A stretch of 64,000 nucleotides of DNA from Clostridia bacterium (GTDB lineage: Bacteria > Bacillota > Clostridia > Oscillospirales > CAG-272). Within the stretch, counting starts at the first letter, position 1, and the number at the start of each line of letters is the position of its first letter. The notes under the pieces were generated by a model. The model was not told where the DNA came from. It did not search any database and was given only the letters and a program-made list of their open reading frames with translations. The stretch lies in NCBI GenBank assembly GCA_028720145.1, contig JAQYLJ010000045.1, forward strand, positions 2,283 through 66,282. The letters are read 5' to 3'. The position numbers were made by a program, and so were the translations under genes. Below, piece after piece: positions 63,971-64,000 of the stretch.

Positions 63971-64000
63971 GGATTTCCCCTCATAAGAGACGGGAATCTC

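Larger units (their letters stand above)
61828..64000 (-). mobile_element. distal end of a prophage or phage-tail-like element (truncated by window)
   Basis: There are three overlapping minus-strand genes including the tail-fibre-like protein. The cluster ends at a strong terminator next to proBAC. No integrase, att core or lysis genes are visible in the window. Confidence 0.35.

Overview
The window is a GC-rich (about 60% by eye) chromosomal segment of a Bacillota/Clostridia-type organism. That call rests on PolC, AddB and the rpsB-tsf-pyrH-frr-uppS-cdsA-dxr-rseP-ispG-polC synteny. Nearly all real genes lie on the minus strand, and the many long plus-strand ORFs in the track are stop-poor antisense shadows.

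Ordinary content:
- a degenerate OmpR-like regulator plus addB
- a nucleoside salvage operon, deoC-deoD-cdd-pdp-tdk
- gap, a PAP2 phosphatase, an SNF-type Na+ symporter and ROK glucokinase
- an ABC exporter, a YfcE phosphoesterase and the rpsB-to-polC housekeeping cluster
- an M14 peptidase, plsC, greA, tRNA-Thr(UGU) and proBAC

Accessory content:
1. A 13.7-kb seven-gene minus-strand operon (13409-27099). It encodes a 1056-aa solute-binding protein with carbohydrate-binding-like N-terminal modules, two separate pairs of CUT1-type ABC permeases, a 1384-aa secreted protein and a 752-aa NHL-propeller/TPR/Yip1-like membrane fusion. It has no ATPase, no recognisable glycoside hydrolase and no regulator. 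This is my best candidate for an uncharacterised system.
2. A 1238-aa beta-helix surface protein with five tandem about 62-aa repeats, translationally coupled to a lipoprotein.
3. An array of a constant 8-9-nt motif (AACTTCAC) alternating with variable hairpins, upstream of the regulator-addB promoter, plus a dispersed GC-rich palindromic repeat family.
4. A tandemly duplicated YegP-like protein with an 18-bp-repeat acidic tail.
5. The end of a phage-tail-fibre-like gene cluster abutting proBAC.

All domain and family names come from motif recognition by eye. No searches were run.
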